Origin: Octopus vulgaris
Taxonomy: Eukaryota
Direction of reading: 5' to 3'
NCBI GenBank assembly: GCA_951406725.2
Contig: OX597815.1
Coordinates: 97,836,001-97,900,000 of the forward strand
Length of the DNA stretch: 64,000 bases
In this document: positions 25,549-39,160 of the stretch, piece after piece
How positions within the stretch are numbered: the stretch's first letter is position 1
Layout of the letters: the number at the start of each line of letters is the position of its first letter
Translations under genes and position numbers: made by a program
The notes under the pieces: model-generated
The model's input: only the letters and a program-made list of their open reading frames with translations
What the model was told of the DNA's origin: nothing
The model's database searches: none

Positions 25549-27035
25549 ATACGTCGCAAAGTGCATTCTACTTTTACTGCTGTTTCTTGGATGTTAAATG
25601 ACACAGCATGGTGGTTTCCTCATTGGCTCAATGATAACAACGATGATGGTTTAAATAGTGATAATTAAAAAAAGTATCATATGATATTTTCGAACAACTT
25701 GTGAAATGTTATTCATACCAGTGAAATGTTATTCATCATTTAACATTTCTAAACTTAAGACGAAAGAAAAGCAGACAACAATCTAAAGAAAAAAATACAG
25801 ACTGTGGGGAAGAGTACTAAAAAAAAGTAACCTTTAGTGAGTGCTAATAAGATTTATTCAATAAATGCTTCGGAAATAAAATGGACTGAGACAGGTTTTA
25901 GCTATTCTCAGCTAATTAACTTCAGTGGCGAACCAATTTGTCTCGGTGATAAATTTAGTAAGATCAGTCAGCAAGCATAATCATTGAATATTTTCTTAAT
26001 GACTGATATATAACAAAGCAAAATATAATATATCGGAATATGCGTCTAATTTAAAAGTACGTTTCACTTAATAAGCGACTTTGTATTCTTTTATATTATA
26101 TATATAAAAAAGAAATAGCTACTGAAAAGTGCAATTATCTCGGATATTTTTTTTTAAATAACAGTTTAATTAGTGGTATACGAACTTAACTTCGGGGTAT
26201 TTCAGAATTTCGTTCAACAAGTTTATTTTGAACTTCTTTCTTTTCCGTTTTTGTTTATGTTTTTTTTCTAGTTTTCTTGTTTGTTTTTCCTTGTTTTTTT
26301 GTTTTCTCATTTATATATTTTGCCAATCAATAGCTGCACTTATGTAGCCACACTCATACACACTTATTAGAAATATTCAATCAATATTAGGCATATTATG
26401 TTTGAATGTGATTCAGTGTCTGCAGTAAAATAAATTGGGAGGTTAATAAATAGAGGGGTATAAGGGAATTTATGTGAGCCAGTGTGTGAGAAAGGCCACG
26501 AGAATAAAATAAGAGGGAAGGGAGAGACAGAGCATGAAAGAGTTGAAAGGATGAATGTTGTTTATTAGGGGAAATTATTTTTCTTTACGAAACTAAGAAT
26601 CATATGGTCATGGTGGTGGTGTGAGTTATAGGCCATTCTGTCGATTTCGATAAATCATTTGAGTAGTTTAGATCGATTCCAGTCAATTATACTAGACTTG
26701 TTTTCAACTCAATTTTATTGGTTATATAAAAAAACACTCAAGATTGTAAATATATTGCAAGATTACATTTTAGTAGTTGATACAAACACAATTCTGGTTT
26801 AAATACAAAAATATTTCACAGTCTGATTATTTCTCAGCACTACGCTCAGCAATTGCCTTACTACCTCTGGTTCATTTACGCGTTGCATTTTTTTTTTTTT
26901 TTTGCTTTCGCTCATTCAATTATATACATATACACAACCCTATGGATATAATTACACACATACAAAATCACACATGCACATATATAGACCTCCATCAACT
27001 TCCTTTTCGCGGTGGCTCCAGATCATCTCTTAACC

Positions 27036-27448
27036 TATTTCTTTACTACCCACAAGGGGCTAAACACAGAGAGGACAAACAAGGACAGATAAACGGATTA
27101 AGTCGATTATATCGACCCCAGTGTGTAACTGGTACTTATTTAATCGACCCCGAAATGATGAAAGGCAAAGTCGCCTTCGGTGGAATTTGAACTCGGAACG
27201 TAGCGGCAGACGAAATACCTATTTCTTTACTAACCACAAGGGGCTAAACACAGCGGGGACAAACAAGGTCAGACAAACGGATTATGTCGATTATATCGAC
27301 TCCACTGCGTAACTGGTACTTATTTAATCGACCCCGAAATGATGAAAGCAAAGTCGACCTCGGCGGAATTTGAACTCAGAACGTAACGGCAGACGAAATA
27401 CCGCTAAGCATTTCGCCCGGCGTTGCTAACGTTTCTGCCAGCTCGCCG
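27036..27448 (-). mobile_element. SINE family B, full copy plus tandem 3' partial copy inside one TSD
   Basis: Full unit about 27219-27448 and repeated 3' part about 27036-27218; CTCTTAACC at 27027-27035 and 27449-27457. Confidence 0.9.
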
Positions 27449-27749
27449 CTCTTAACCAGCTAGTTGTGTGTCACCACCGCCAAAATTCGATCGTAGCGCC
27501 CGACAGTCGTTGCTTCCCCATTCGTACTGTGTTTCATCTTCATTAACAAATTACAGCGCAAATTGACAGGAGTAGCCGAATCCCAAACGAAATATAAAAT
27601 GCCATCTTAAGTAAAGCAATAAGCATTAGACGACGTAGTTTTTGATAAATATACATACATGCAAGCATGTGTGTGTGGGTGTGTGTGTGATAACTTAGTT
27701 TTTGTCTGCTACTGTACTAGGCCATGTCTAATTTATTAGCACTACATGG

Positions 27750-28250
27750 AATAGTCTTTAAGTCATATTTTGAATCATAATAGCGCACTCGTGTTGCGAA
27801 TTGTCGCTTGTCAAATATATTTGGATGTCTGTGATTTGCTGGTATTTCTTCAAAGCGTTTGAATGGTGATGTCGAATAAAGTAGAACCATTGGGGGTAAA
27901 AGAAAAACAGCTGTGACGCAATGGTGGATAATGTAAGGCTCAAATTTTAGAGAACATAGCAGATATTTTGCGAGGGTTAATTTGTGAACTTGACACCGAC
28001 AATGTTTGGAAAATGCTATATTAACTACGTTGGACAAATGATGTTGCATTATCGGTGCTGTTCGACCGAATGGAGTTTGAGATTTTGAAGATGATCCCCA
28101 TAATGAAAGCCTACAATGACTTTTACCGCGTTTTTTAGTTTATTTATATTTTGTTTCTCTTGATGCTTCAAGCCTCGTAATGTCCTGTTACGTACAGAGA
28201 GAGCACAATGGAGAGCAGTATTCAAGATGAGACTGAACAAGCGTAGAAAA
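27750..28250 (-). mobile_element. CR1/L2-group LINE 3' relic
   Basis: HYGDHLQNLKLHSVEQHR parallels YWERLKVLNLFSLERRR in the LINE near 49020. Confidence 0.6.
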
Positions 28251-29229
28251 GTGAAGGATAATAGTTTGCCTGTGTATATGTGAGCGTGCTCGCGCGTGCG
28301 TGTATGTGTGTTTATGTGCGTGCGCGCATGTGTGTGTTTCTGTGAGTATGCACGCGTGCGTACATTTATATAGATATATGTAAAATGAATAAATGTTAGT
28401 ATTTATTAACTGGACGACAAAACTACATACTACAGCAGCACCACAAAGAAAACTCTCTGCGTCTCGTCAACCTGCTAGAAATCACTGCCTTCGTATTTCA
28501 AGCAAAGTTACATTGTATAATGGAGTCGTGATTATTCATTTTCAAGCCCGAATCATGGCTAAACAACGAAAAACAACAAGAATTCGATGAGATTATTTGA
28601 TTACAGCATCGCACTCTTAACCTAAATGTCGTGTATGTGACCCTCCATATTGGTCAATTTCCGATACCATTATTTATTTATTTACATATTTATTCATTCA
28701 TTCGTTTGTTATCAATTATTATTTTGATTTGAATTATTGATTTAGTATTACATCTAGAGTGTACAAGATGTGGCCATGGTTTCAGCAGCAGCAGAAGCAG
28801 CAGTGGCAGCTCAACGGTTTGTTGAGATTGCTGATTCATGTGTCTGGACAATAATATTGCTGACGATGGAAACTCGCAAAGTGATATGATGAAGAGACTT
28901 GATGTAACTGCGACAGGCTTCGCCTTACGCCTCCATAGTTCAGTTCCTCCGGGGTATGTAACCTATAGGATATTATCACTGTGAAAAGGCGGAAGAAGGT
29001 CGATTATATTTGTCTTTCTTTTTTAAGGAATATGTGATTAAGGAACATTTGGATGCTATTTCCAAACATATTTCTAGGTCGAAAAACCACTTAGACGTTC
29101 CCTTGCTTAGTCTTTGTAACGGTACTTTCTTTTTCTACGAAAAAGTGGCAAGTAACCTTTGTGATATGTAATCGTAATCGTAGTTTTTACTTTCCCTCGC
29201 AGTCGCACGCTTGCCGATCAGGCTTATAT

Positions 29230-29560
29230 GTCCTGGGTTGCTCCACACTCTTCACTCAGTTCTTGATAGGTCTGCTTTGCCTCCTACACTGGCTTCCATT
29301 CGAGAGTGGTTCTCACTGATAACTTCGAGGGTATCCATAGTACATAGTCGAGCATGTTCCACCTTCTCAATGTGATAATATCCTATACATTACACACCCC
29401 GGTCACTCGCATGACTTCTTCATACGTGATCTGCAGTCCTATGGATTGTACTAGTATTTTTCTACACCACAAACGCATAAATGGCCACCGATATGACGGT
29501 GAATGTATAAAGGTGGAGTCTGGTGTCTTGGTTCACGGAGGAATGGAACTATGGAAGCAT
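29230..29560 (-). mobile_element. RTE-type LINE 3' relic
   Basis: RKILVQ..QITYEEVMRVTG..DIITLRRWNMLDYVLWIP...TLEWKP matches the RTE C-terminal consensus. Confidence 0.7.
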
Positions 29561-30891
29561 GAGGAGATAGAAGACTGCTGAAGTTACGTTCATATGGTCT
29601 ATGTTATAGTAGACGTCTACATTTATATTATTGTGACATCAGTTCTTCAATGGCACTTCATTTTATCAACACTGATCGGGTCGAAAAGTATTTGTAATGT
29701 GTACTCGAACCCTAAATTATCATCGTTATTACACCTGCTGCTACTTTGTCCCACACGCTATACAAAAATAGAGATGATCATATTTGGTACTTGAATGGTA
29801 CTTGATTTTATGGAGCCCAGTAGGAATAAAAAGTAAAGGTTAACACCTGTAATTTGCACTCGAACCTAAAGGACCGTTGTTAAATTTGAAATGAATTTTG
29901 TCCGACACTATGCAAAAGCAGAAAAGATGATCTTCGCTGTTTTGATCATAGATATCTTCGAACATTGCTGAGTGAGAACAAGCACCATCAACATCAACGT
30001 CTATGGAGTCGGTCGATCTCTATAAAATAGTAGGTAAATGATCTGTATGTCATACCCTATCATCGTAAAAAAAGAGGGCTTAGAGTATTGGAGTGCAGTA
30101 TATCCTATTCGTTAGAAAGAAATGGGAATGGTCATGGCTTGAATACTTTTGATGAGGACCCCCACTACCATTATTTGTTACTGTGAAACTGGGCCAATTC
30201 TAGAACAATCCCATCACTAATTCACGCCCACTCCCCTATCTGATACAAACTCATAACTTCGCGCGCGCACACACACACACATACACACACACACCATCTT
30301 CATCGTCGCCGCTTCCGCTGTCGTCATCATCAGCCTCATCATAAACACTATCATCACCACCGGCACTACCACCATCATCACTACTATTACTACTACTAAC
30401 TGCAAGAAGAACGACAACAGCAACAACAACAACAACAACAACAACCACATCATTGCTAGACGGTCTCCGGTATTACACTCTGTTGTGATATCATCACTAG
30501 CATCACCATCCCCGATATCACCAGCAGCAGAGCAACAGTAACAACAACAACAACAACCACAAAAACAAAAAAAATAACTATTAGTGAATAAACTGGCTTC
30601 TCTGTCCCCGCCGCCACACTCTTCTGCATTGGCGCCGGTGGTGTTCTTGTTGGCATTGCCCTTACTACTACTGCTGCTTAGATCCATGCTTTTATCCACA
30701 GCATACCGTACTCACTTATATACGTATATATAAGTACAAATATATATATGTGTGTGTGTGTGTGTGAGTGTGTATGGGTGTGTATGCATGCATGTATATA
30801 TTATTAAGTCTCTTTTTTTTTTCAGTTTCTTTCCCCCCCCCCCCAATCTACCGTATAGAACAGAGTAATACATGTTCTGTATCCCTACTAC

Positions 30892-30921
30892 CTTACGGCT
30901 GTCCGCTCTGCTGACATCAAA
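30892..30921 (-). other. Candidate microexon (25 or 30 nt) of an unidentified host gene
   Basis: More than 130 nt of AG-free U/pyrimidine-rich tract ending TCTTTCTAG, then TTTGATGTCAGCAGAGCGGACAGCC, then GTAAGG (25 nt) or, after GTAAG, GTAGTA (30 nt). Confidence 0.35.
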
Positions 30922-31065
30922 CTAGAAAGACAGACAGACAGACAGGAAAGCAGACAGAAAGAACGGTGAACAAAAACAGAATGTAACAAATAAACAAACA
31001 CAAGGAGGATTATTAACCAGAGAGAAACCAAAAAGAACGAAAAAGAAACGAATAACAACAACAAC

Positions 31066-31142
<77 letters not shown>

Positions 31143-31162
31143 TAATAGTAGTAAGAATTGTA

Positions 31163-31192
<30 letters not shown>
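31066..31192 (+). repeat. (AAT)n microsatellite
   Basis: Direct reading; source of the poly-I, poly-L and poly-Y ORFs. Confidence 0.95.
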
Positions 31193-31194
<2 letters not shown>

Positions 31195-31487
31195 CATAGA
31201 ACGACAAATACATGAAGAAAAAATAAGGCAGTTTTTCGTTCGATTTTTCTGTATTTAAAATGACAACCTCTGCAAAATCCAATGGAATATACATCAACAT
31301 CGGCTTCGTCATAACTTTAAGCCACATCATTGCATTCTTTCTGACAACGTCAATCATTACTAAAGTAAGTTTTATATATATATACATATATAATACAAAC
31401 ATATAAGAAAATAGGTGTGTCTGTGTATTTTTTTATGTATGCGCATATATGTATACATGTTTGCCCATTAAGTACGTTCGTTATGTG

Positions 31488-31590
<103 letters not shown>

Positions 31591-31761
31591 ATGTATGTAT
31601 GTATGCATAAGAATTTCTGTATATTATGTATGTATATTTTCTTTGCGTTATGAAACCATAAAACGTGCTCAATACAATTTTTGAAAAGTGTAAAATCTTA
31701 GTTGGTTTCCTAATGTGAAAGACACTCCCGGACAATGTTTGCGTTCGTTCGTTCGGCCAGC

Positions 31762-31803
<42 letters not shown>

Positions 31804-31952
31804 TATATTTCCTACCAGTCGATATATACCATGATCGAATCGGAAGCAGCCTAGGTCCGTGTTTTGAACGTCACTTTCCCTAACTAGACAACTTATCGAC
31901 GAATTTCAAAAGTCATATTGAGCGCTATTTTACTACAAAGTAAACACACATG

Positions 31953-31988
<36 letters not shown>

Positions 31989-32228
31989 CATACATGTTTT
32001 ATATATATATGTTATATGTGTATATATATATATATATATAATATATATATATATATAATATATATATATATATAAGATTTGCTTTTTCCTTTTTATTTTT
32101 ATACGTTATTCTATTTTGTATCCACGTTTGTTCCACTTTGATCTTATTTTATTTGGGAATTTTCGTTTACTTTTGAGAAATGTTTGAAGTTTTCACTTTG
32201 TATTTTCCTTCTGTATATTCCCATGTAG

Positions 32229-32279
<51 letters not shown>

Positions 32280-34541
32280 CTCCGTTCCTCTTTTCTTACA
32301 CCCTGGAGTGTACTATGTTAGTATGTGTGTATGATACATACGCATATATATATTTATATACACACGTGTGTGTGTCTGTATGTATATTACACACACTCAC
32401 ACACACACTTGCTACATGTAAGTATTAGGGTGCACGTGCGTGTGTGTGAATTGTGAATAGAACATAGAGAGACTCATAAGGATGGCAATGTAGACACATT
32501 AATCTACGGGCTTAGCGATGTATTTTTTTATGCGCACGTGCATACGTTTATGTGTTTCAGTGCGTGAGTGTGTTTGCGTGTGTGTGAAAGCGACGTCTTA
32601 GACAGTTCTTTGCGTACGTAAACGTGTAGGTCTATTTTAACAGCTGGGTGTTTTGCGTGTGTATGTGTTTATACAGATTTTCATGTGTATGTGCTTCGAA
32701 TATTTGTTTCGTTTGTTTTTCCTTCTTTTCTTTTGACAGTTTCTGCCATCGGACTAAGGCTATGTTACAATACTGCCTTCCATGGTATGAAGCCGATTGC
32801 AACGACCCAAGTACTAATTACAGTTTGATCGCTGTTTTACCCTTCTATATTTATCATGTGGCAAGATTTTATTTATATATTTGTTTGTTAGTTGTTTAGT
32901 AAGTAAACGAACGTAATTTGACGCCTTTTGACCTATAATATACGCAAGTAAACATACACGCATACACACACGGATAATCACCAGCATATTTCAATATACA
33001 AACTGACAGATACACACACGTATGTATGTATGTACGTATATGTATGTGTGTGTATATGTGTGTATGCTCGTATGTTTGTGTCTGTACTTATATATACATA
33101 TATACATACATGACTACCTACATACGTGCATACTTATGTAGCCACATAAATACACAAATGCATACATACATCTACGACGGGGTCACGTATATGTTCTGTC
33201 TATCAAATATCAGTTTCACTAAGAAATTAAAGAGTAGGCTTTTTAGTCAAAACGATTCTTTGAAATTTACGTCTCTAAGCAAATATTTGTTTGGGTTCGA
33301 AAAATAAGTTGTTCAATGCTGAAATATTTTCTGGCTCTGAACAGGAAACCTAAGTCATTATTATGCAGATTTTGAATGTTTTTAGGATGTGATCATTACT
33401 AGTTGCTGTGAGACTTATGATTTATTGTGATTTTGAGGTTTTAATTGCATGATATGCGAGAAGTAGGTAGATGAAATAAGAAATTATTTTTATTCTTAAA
33501 TGAAGTTACAGTTCACGGTATAAAGTTTGTGAAGTTACACGTATGCTTTCGAATTGACCGCTCATAGGACAATACAAGATTACAGTAATACATATAATAA
33601 GTAGTATATGTATTAAAGTAATACATGTATTGTATTGTCCTGTTCATGAGACAATACTAGATTAAAGTAATACATGAACAATACGAGATGAAAGTAAGGT
33701 ATCGAAGTTTCTATATTAAAGATGATTGTTTGCAGGATGTTAAGATTGTTATTCTTAGATCAACACTTTGAGTTGTGAGAGTGAAAACCACACAAACCGT
33801 TCATGTACAGGGAGAAGTGTGTTTAATGGCCCAAACAAGAACTGAGGTACGCCAGATTCGAAGGAATATAGTCTCAAGAGAAAGGGTTCGTGGAGCAATA
33901 ACTAGTAAAATGTTACACTGTAAAATTTAATACTAATAGACACAGTGAAATTTAATAATCTAGATAAGAGATAAGGAAATGTGTTCATAAGATGTAAGTT
34001 GCTAGAGTCGTTAGAGCATTGGATGCAATGCTTTGGAACATTTTGCGTCCTCATCTCAAAACGTTTTCTTTCGTCCTTTCGCGGTCGACAAAATAAAATA
34101 GCAATTTTGGGATGTTAACTGCCGTAACTTTTAGAGCGTTAGACGGAATGCACAGCAGTTATTGAAGCGGCTCTTTGTGTCGTGATTTCAAATCCCATCG
34201 TGGCTTATCTATGATGTAGATTTATTCCATCACCTGCTTTAACATCGTTATCTTGGTCGTTGGCCCATTTGGTAGAGGTGACGATTTTACTGCAAGTATT
34301 TGGGCCAGGTTCCATGTTAAAAATAATTTCCTTCCTCCTTCTCCCTAATCTCTGAGACCATGAAGACCATAAAGGGCACATCACTTTCTTCTTGACTAAA
34401 CAATGAGAGAATCAGTAACGTCTTTATCGGAATTCAGAAATTTTTAAAAATGAAAGAATAAACTTTCATGTATGATATTCCAGGAATACAGCCTATAAGG
34501 AATGCAAATACCTTCACAATGTGATTAGAATAATACAAGTG

Positions 34542-34700
34542 AAGGCACATGGCTTAGTGGTTAGGGTTTTCGCCTTCCGATCATAAGGTTGTGAGTTCAA
34601 TTCCAGTCGAGGTATTGTGTATTTGAGCAAGACGCTTTAATTTACGTAGCTCCAGTCCTGCTGGCAAAATAAGTAGTATCTATATATTTCAACGGGCCAC
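34542..34700 (+). mobile_element. SINE family C copy
   Basis: GGCACATGGCTTAGTGGTTAGGG...GAGTTCAATTCC...TTTGAGCAAGAC. Confidence 0.75.
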
Positions 34701-36139
34701 GCTGAATCATAATTATAACAGTTTCATCTCTCGAATATTCAGATTAAGAATATTTAGGAAATACGGTTTCAAATTTTGGCACAAGGCCAGCAATTTCATC
34801 CAAAAAAGTGAAAGATAAAGTCTGCCCCGGTGGGCATTTGAACTCAAAACGCGAGGACATAAAAAAATGCTGCTAAACATTTTGTCTGGTGCAGTAATGA
34901 ATGATCATGCCAGCTCGCCGCCTTAATGCTTTGGAAATATTACATGCGTGAACTAGAACTTGAGAAAGGAGAGAAAGAGGTTTATAGACATCAAATGTAC
35001 GTGTAGGAGAGAGAGACAGAGGGGAGAGTAAAATAATGACAAGAAAGAAAAAACTGTAAAATGGGTGAATTTTAGATGTGAAGAGAAACGCGATTGTTTT
35101 AGTTATATTAGAGAACTAGCGTGTACCAAAAAATCAGTTCCGGTGAAGTCGTAGTATGTTGTGAGATTCTCGTTGGTTAAATGTTAATTTTCAAATATAT
35201 ATGCACTTAGGAGGAAGCATAGCTCAAAGATAATTTGAAACATTTCGTTTGACAATCGACTCTCAGAGAGAGGAAAAGAGAAGGTATGAGGGGAAAAGAA
35301 AGAGAAAAGTATAAGAAAAAGGTAAGAGGAACAAAATCAGTTTATCAGCCATGAAACACAGAGTTTTATTGAAGACAATCGATTATAAAATATTAAAGAA
35401 ATGTCGTTTGTTAAAGCATTTCGATGACGGTATGTTTGAGAAAACCAATTAGTTAAGCGTAGCCTGAAAAAACTAAAATCTTGCCTGCACTGATGCTTTA
35501 TGTATGAATAAGTTTTACTGACAATTGTCAGTCGTTGGGTGTGATAAACTATTAGAAATAACGGAGTACTTTGTAACGCTCAGGCAGACAAGAAAGCATT
35601 GTTTCTCTTTGGTTGTGTAAGAATACAGCGATTAAAAAATAATTTACACAGATCACAAATGAAGTGTAAAATAAACTTGTTGAAACAAATGTAACGCTTG
35701 AGAAATAATTCTCCATTTCAGTTATATGCAAGTGTTATTAAACTGAAGATTGCCAGAAGAAATTTTTACCGATGTTGGATGCAGCATATTTTCAAAGAAT
35801 TAGAAGTTAATTCAATGCAAGGTTAGCGGCATTGGCTAACACTGTTTGCTTTAATAGTAATGCTGATAAGAAGGTCTTTAGAAGCTCATACACTCTAATG
35901 CCCATTCATCTGGGTGAATGCCACTGGAAGCTTGCATATATAAATTTGACAAGTGTTGAGTAGCGGCTCATGTTAGGTAAATACTTTATAAAGCCCTTTC
36001 CTTCTTTTGCGGAATTTTAGGTTTGAAGCTGCAATCATTATTGAGATTGTTCGCATTTTTATTGGGTATTGTTTAATTTCATTCTAGCAAACGAAATTTA
36101 GCATGTTCTACTTTTCGTATTTTTTAATGTATCAGAACT

Positions 36140-37030
36140 GACAACGATGTGTAGCGGTGCTGCTGGGAAAGGACTAGAGTAAGCGAAATGCTTTGACACT
36201 TCAGTCTCCTAACTCTGTTGAATGCAATGTTGAAGATCATAGTGAAGTTGTTAGCCAAGAAGTTCGTGTTTGTCGTCGATATTCCGGTAGGTGAGGCACA
36301 GGTATGACCATACCAAACAGATCTATCCACGACAACATCCACTTAACATGGCACATTATTGAAAGTGTGAATAAAGACCCTCTCATAAAAGGAATGACAG
36401 ATGAAATTATGTCAGTGGAAAATTTTCGATAGGACTCACTTTCAATACATAGCAGTTCTTCACAGAACGGCTTATTTCGATCACCTCTTCAACAGGAGTG
36501 ATCGCTGCAATATGGAGCGACATCTGTTCGCTGGTCAGAATAAATTGCCAGCTATCAGAACCGTTCAGTTATCATTCGTTAGGTCAGTTAAGGCTATCCT
36601 CTCCTGTACGAGTTAGCATACGACCCATCTGTCAAAGCTAGAGGTTTCGAGGGCTATCCACAATGAAATAGCATTTGGAAGGTCTGTGTCAGCATATGCA
36701 GATGACGTCATCTTTATGGCGTCGGATACCTCATACATCGAGATGATAGCACTGGTTAATCGATTCATTAACTATGAACATTGGCTGCATGGAGGGTTGG
36801 GCATAGTGTGCCTACTGGTGCGTAGACGTGCACTAAGGCTACGACATACCCAGCGCTTCCTTGACGGTTATCGGATGTGGTCGCTGTTTTTCAGGCTCGC
36901 CTTTCCAATTTATTGGTCGAATTCATTGTGAAGATCGTCCCTCCACTATCCTTTGACCGGGAAGGGCGAGTAGCTTTCTTCTCTGGTGGCTATAGGGAAA
37001 GAGTGGTGGACGAATCTGTAATGACTGAAG
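36140..37030 (+). mobile_element. L1/Tx1-clade LINE RT relic
   Basis: LTLLNAMLKIIVKLLAKK, IPNRSIHDNIHL, KIFDRTHFQY, SAYADDVIF and GGLG..RRRALRLRH; multiple internal deletions. Confidence 0.8.
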
Positions 37031-37100
37031 CAGACATCGTCTATTTTTTGATCCAGCTCCTATCGATCGTTTTAATTCCCATTTGTTTTCTGTACATTTC

Positions 37101-37141
<41 letters not shown>

Positions 37142-37234
37142 GCAAGTGTCTTCTACTATAGACTATAAATACCAAGAGGTAATCTTTACATCCGACTTAG
37201 AATGGGTGTCATGCTAGAACAATGAGCAGAGTGT

Positions 37235-37905
37235 TATTAGCCTTGATAGATGTTGTCATATAGGCGCTTAACGCATAAAAGCACGCGCATAATAGATCGT
37301 AGCAGATGAGTAACGTCAGTCTTTGGCAACGGAATTCCAATCTCACGTGATGTCATTCTCTTGGAAATAATCAACGAGAAGAGTTCGGTCACTGCGTGCT
37401 AGTCAAGAATCTTTTTAGACACTGATGACGCAAGTACCCTGCAGGTTTATTAAAAATGAATTATTTGTGACAGAAACAGTTTTATCACCAAAATTTAATG
37501 TTTATATATATCTTATTATGGATATCTTGTTAGCACGCCGAATATTGCTTTATTAGCCTTGAAAGATCCTCTTATATAGGGGCTTGGTTCATAAAAGCGC
37601 ATACATAAGGGAATTCATGTACATGGGCAACGGAATTCCCATAGCACGGGATTTCCTTTTCAACCGTCGAAATAATTACTGTTTAATAAACCTGCTAGCA
37701 ACAGCAATATCTGAAAAGATACATTCTACATATCGTTGCAGCAAGATTTGAATGGAATTGGTGATCGGACACTTCCCACTGAGCATTTCCAGAAGAATTA
37801 AATCACGTAATATGGGAATTCAGGCACCAATTACGACGATTGTCATCTACCACGATTTATGTATGCTTTCATGCATAGACAAAAAGATCTCTCAAGGCTA
37901 TTAAT
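37235..37905. mobile_element. Two oppositely oriented copies of a MITE-like element (ends like TATTAGCCTTGA(A/G/T)AGAT)
   Basis: Terminal motif forward at 37235 and 37551 and reverse at about 37884-37905; 37235-37470 aligns with the reverse complement of 37670-37905. Confidence 0.7.
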
Positions 37906-38030
37906 ATATATTTCTGGAGAACCGGGGAATTTTGAATGCTTGAAAAGTTTTCTGACGCTTTCACTTATTCTAAATCTTTCCTTTTCAGACATTTTTTTCC
38001 AGTTTGTACTTTATTGTTCGCTTATATAGG

Positions 38031-38067
<37 letters not shown>

Positions 38068-38736
38068 ATAAACATGCATGTTCCTGCGTGTTTCTATGCC
38101 TGTATGTACACATGCATGTACATATACATATGATGGTAGTGTTTTGTAGTCCTAGAAAGACGGTACTACATTTTCTTGTTGAACAACCAATATGAGGTTT
38201 CTTTAAAAAGAAACCGAGCCTTTGTAATACTACTCGAACCAGTCGATGCAACATGCTAAAAATGTATATGTTTGCTTGTTTTTACTTTAATTATAAATTC
38301 AAAAGCACTACTTCATGTTTCAGTTTTACATTTTAATTTGCTTTTACTTTCATTTCTCTTTTTCGATAGTGAGGTAGACAACAATCCAAACTGGAGCTTA
38401 ACTAAGACTTACCATTCTTTTTTTTTTTATATATATCATTAAATATTTTTGATATTAAATAAATCCACTATCAAAAGTCGAGAAAGTCGATTTCTATGGA
38501 AATGAAAAATAATATTTGAATGCAAATTCAGAATAGAAACGGGTAAAACAGAAACTCAAGAGCGGTTTAGGAAAATTGAAAGTAGCTGTCATAGCAAGTA
38601 AAAGAAATGAATAAAACCATCAGAGCTAGATATTCAGTAACTTTAAAACAGACATCATAGATGCGCAAGTAACATTATGGAAACTTTTAGATTTATCTAA
38701 TATTTTCCACAGATGTGTGCCAGTATTACGACAGTA

Positions 38737-38809
<73 letters not shown>

Positions 38810-39006
38810 GGAATGGGTGATGCGTTGTATTCTTGAGCAAAATACTCCATCTCACATTGCCCTGCAATCTCTTCGATACCTGATGTGTGGCATACTGTGC
38901 ACCTGTTTCGGCAAAGATTTGATGGTGGGTATGAGCTAATTTACAACACATACATTGGATCCATATAAACAAATTTGTGTGTGAATATATTTATATGTAT
39001 ATATAT

Positions 39007-39160
39007 ACGACGAGCTTGTTCCGTTTCAGTTTACCAAATCCACTTACAAGGCTTTGGTCAGCCCGAGGTTATAAAAGACACTTGTCCAAGGTGCCCTGTA
39101 GGACTGAATCTGGAACCATGTGGCTGGGAAGCAAGCTTCTTACCACACAGCCACTCTTGT
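39007..39160 (-). mobile_element. SINE family A 5' half
   Basis: Reverse complement GAGTGGCTGTGTGGTAAGAAGCTTGCTTCCCAGCCACATGG... Confidence 0.85.

Noticed and set aside
30217-30699. 160-aa ORF beginning MDKSMDLSSSS
   Set aside because: Built from trinucleotide low-complexity runs with no domain or splice support.
32740-32784. 45-nt plus-strand exon-like segment with acceptor and donor
   Set aside because: It is the antisense 3' tail of SINE family A, whose A-rich end mimics a polypyrimidine tract.
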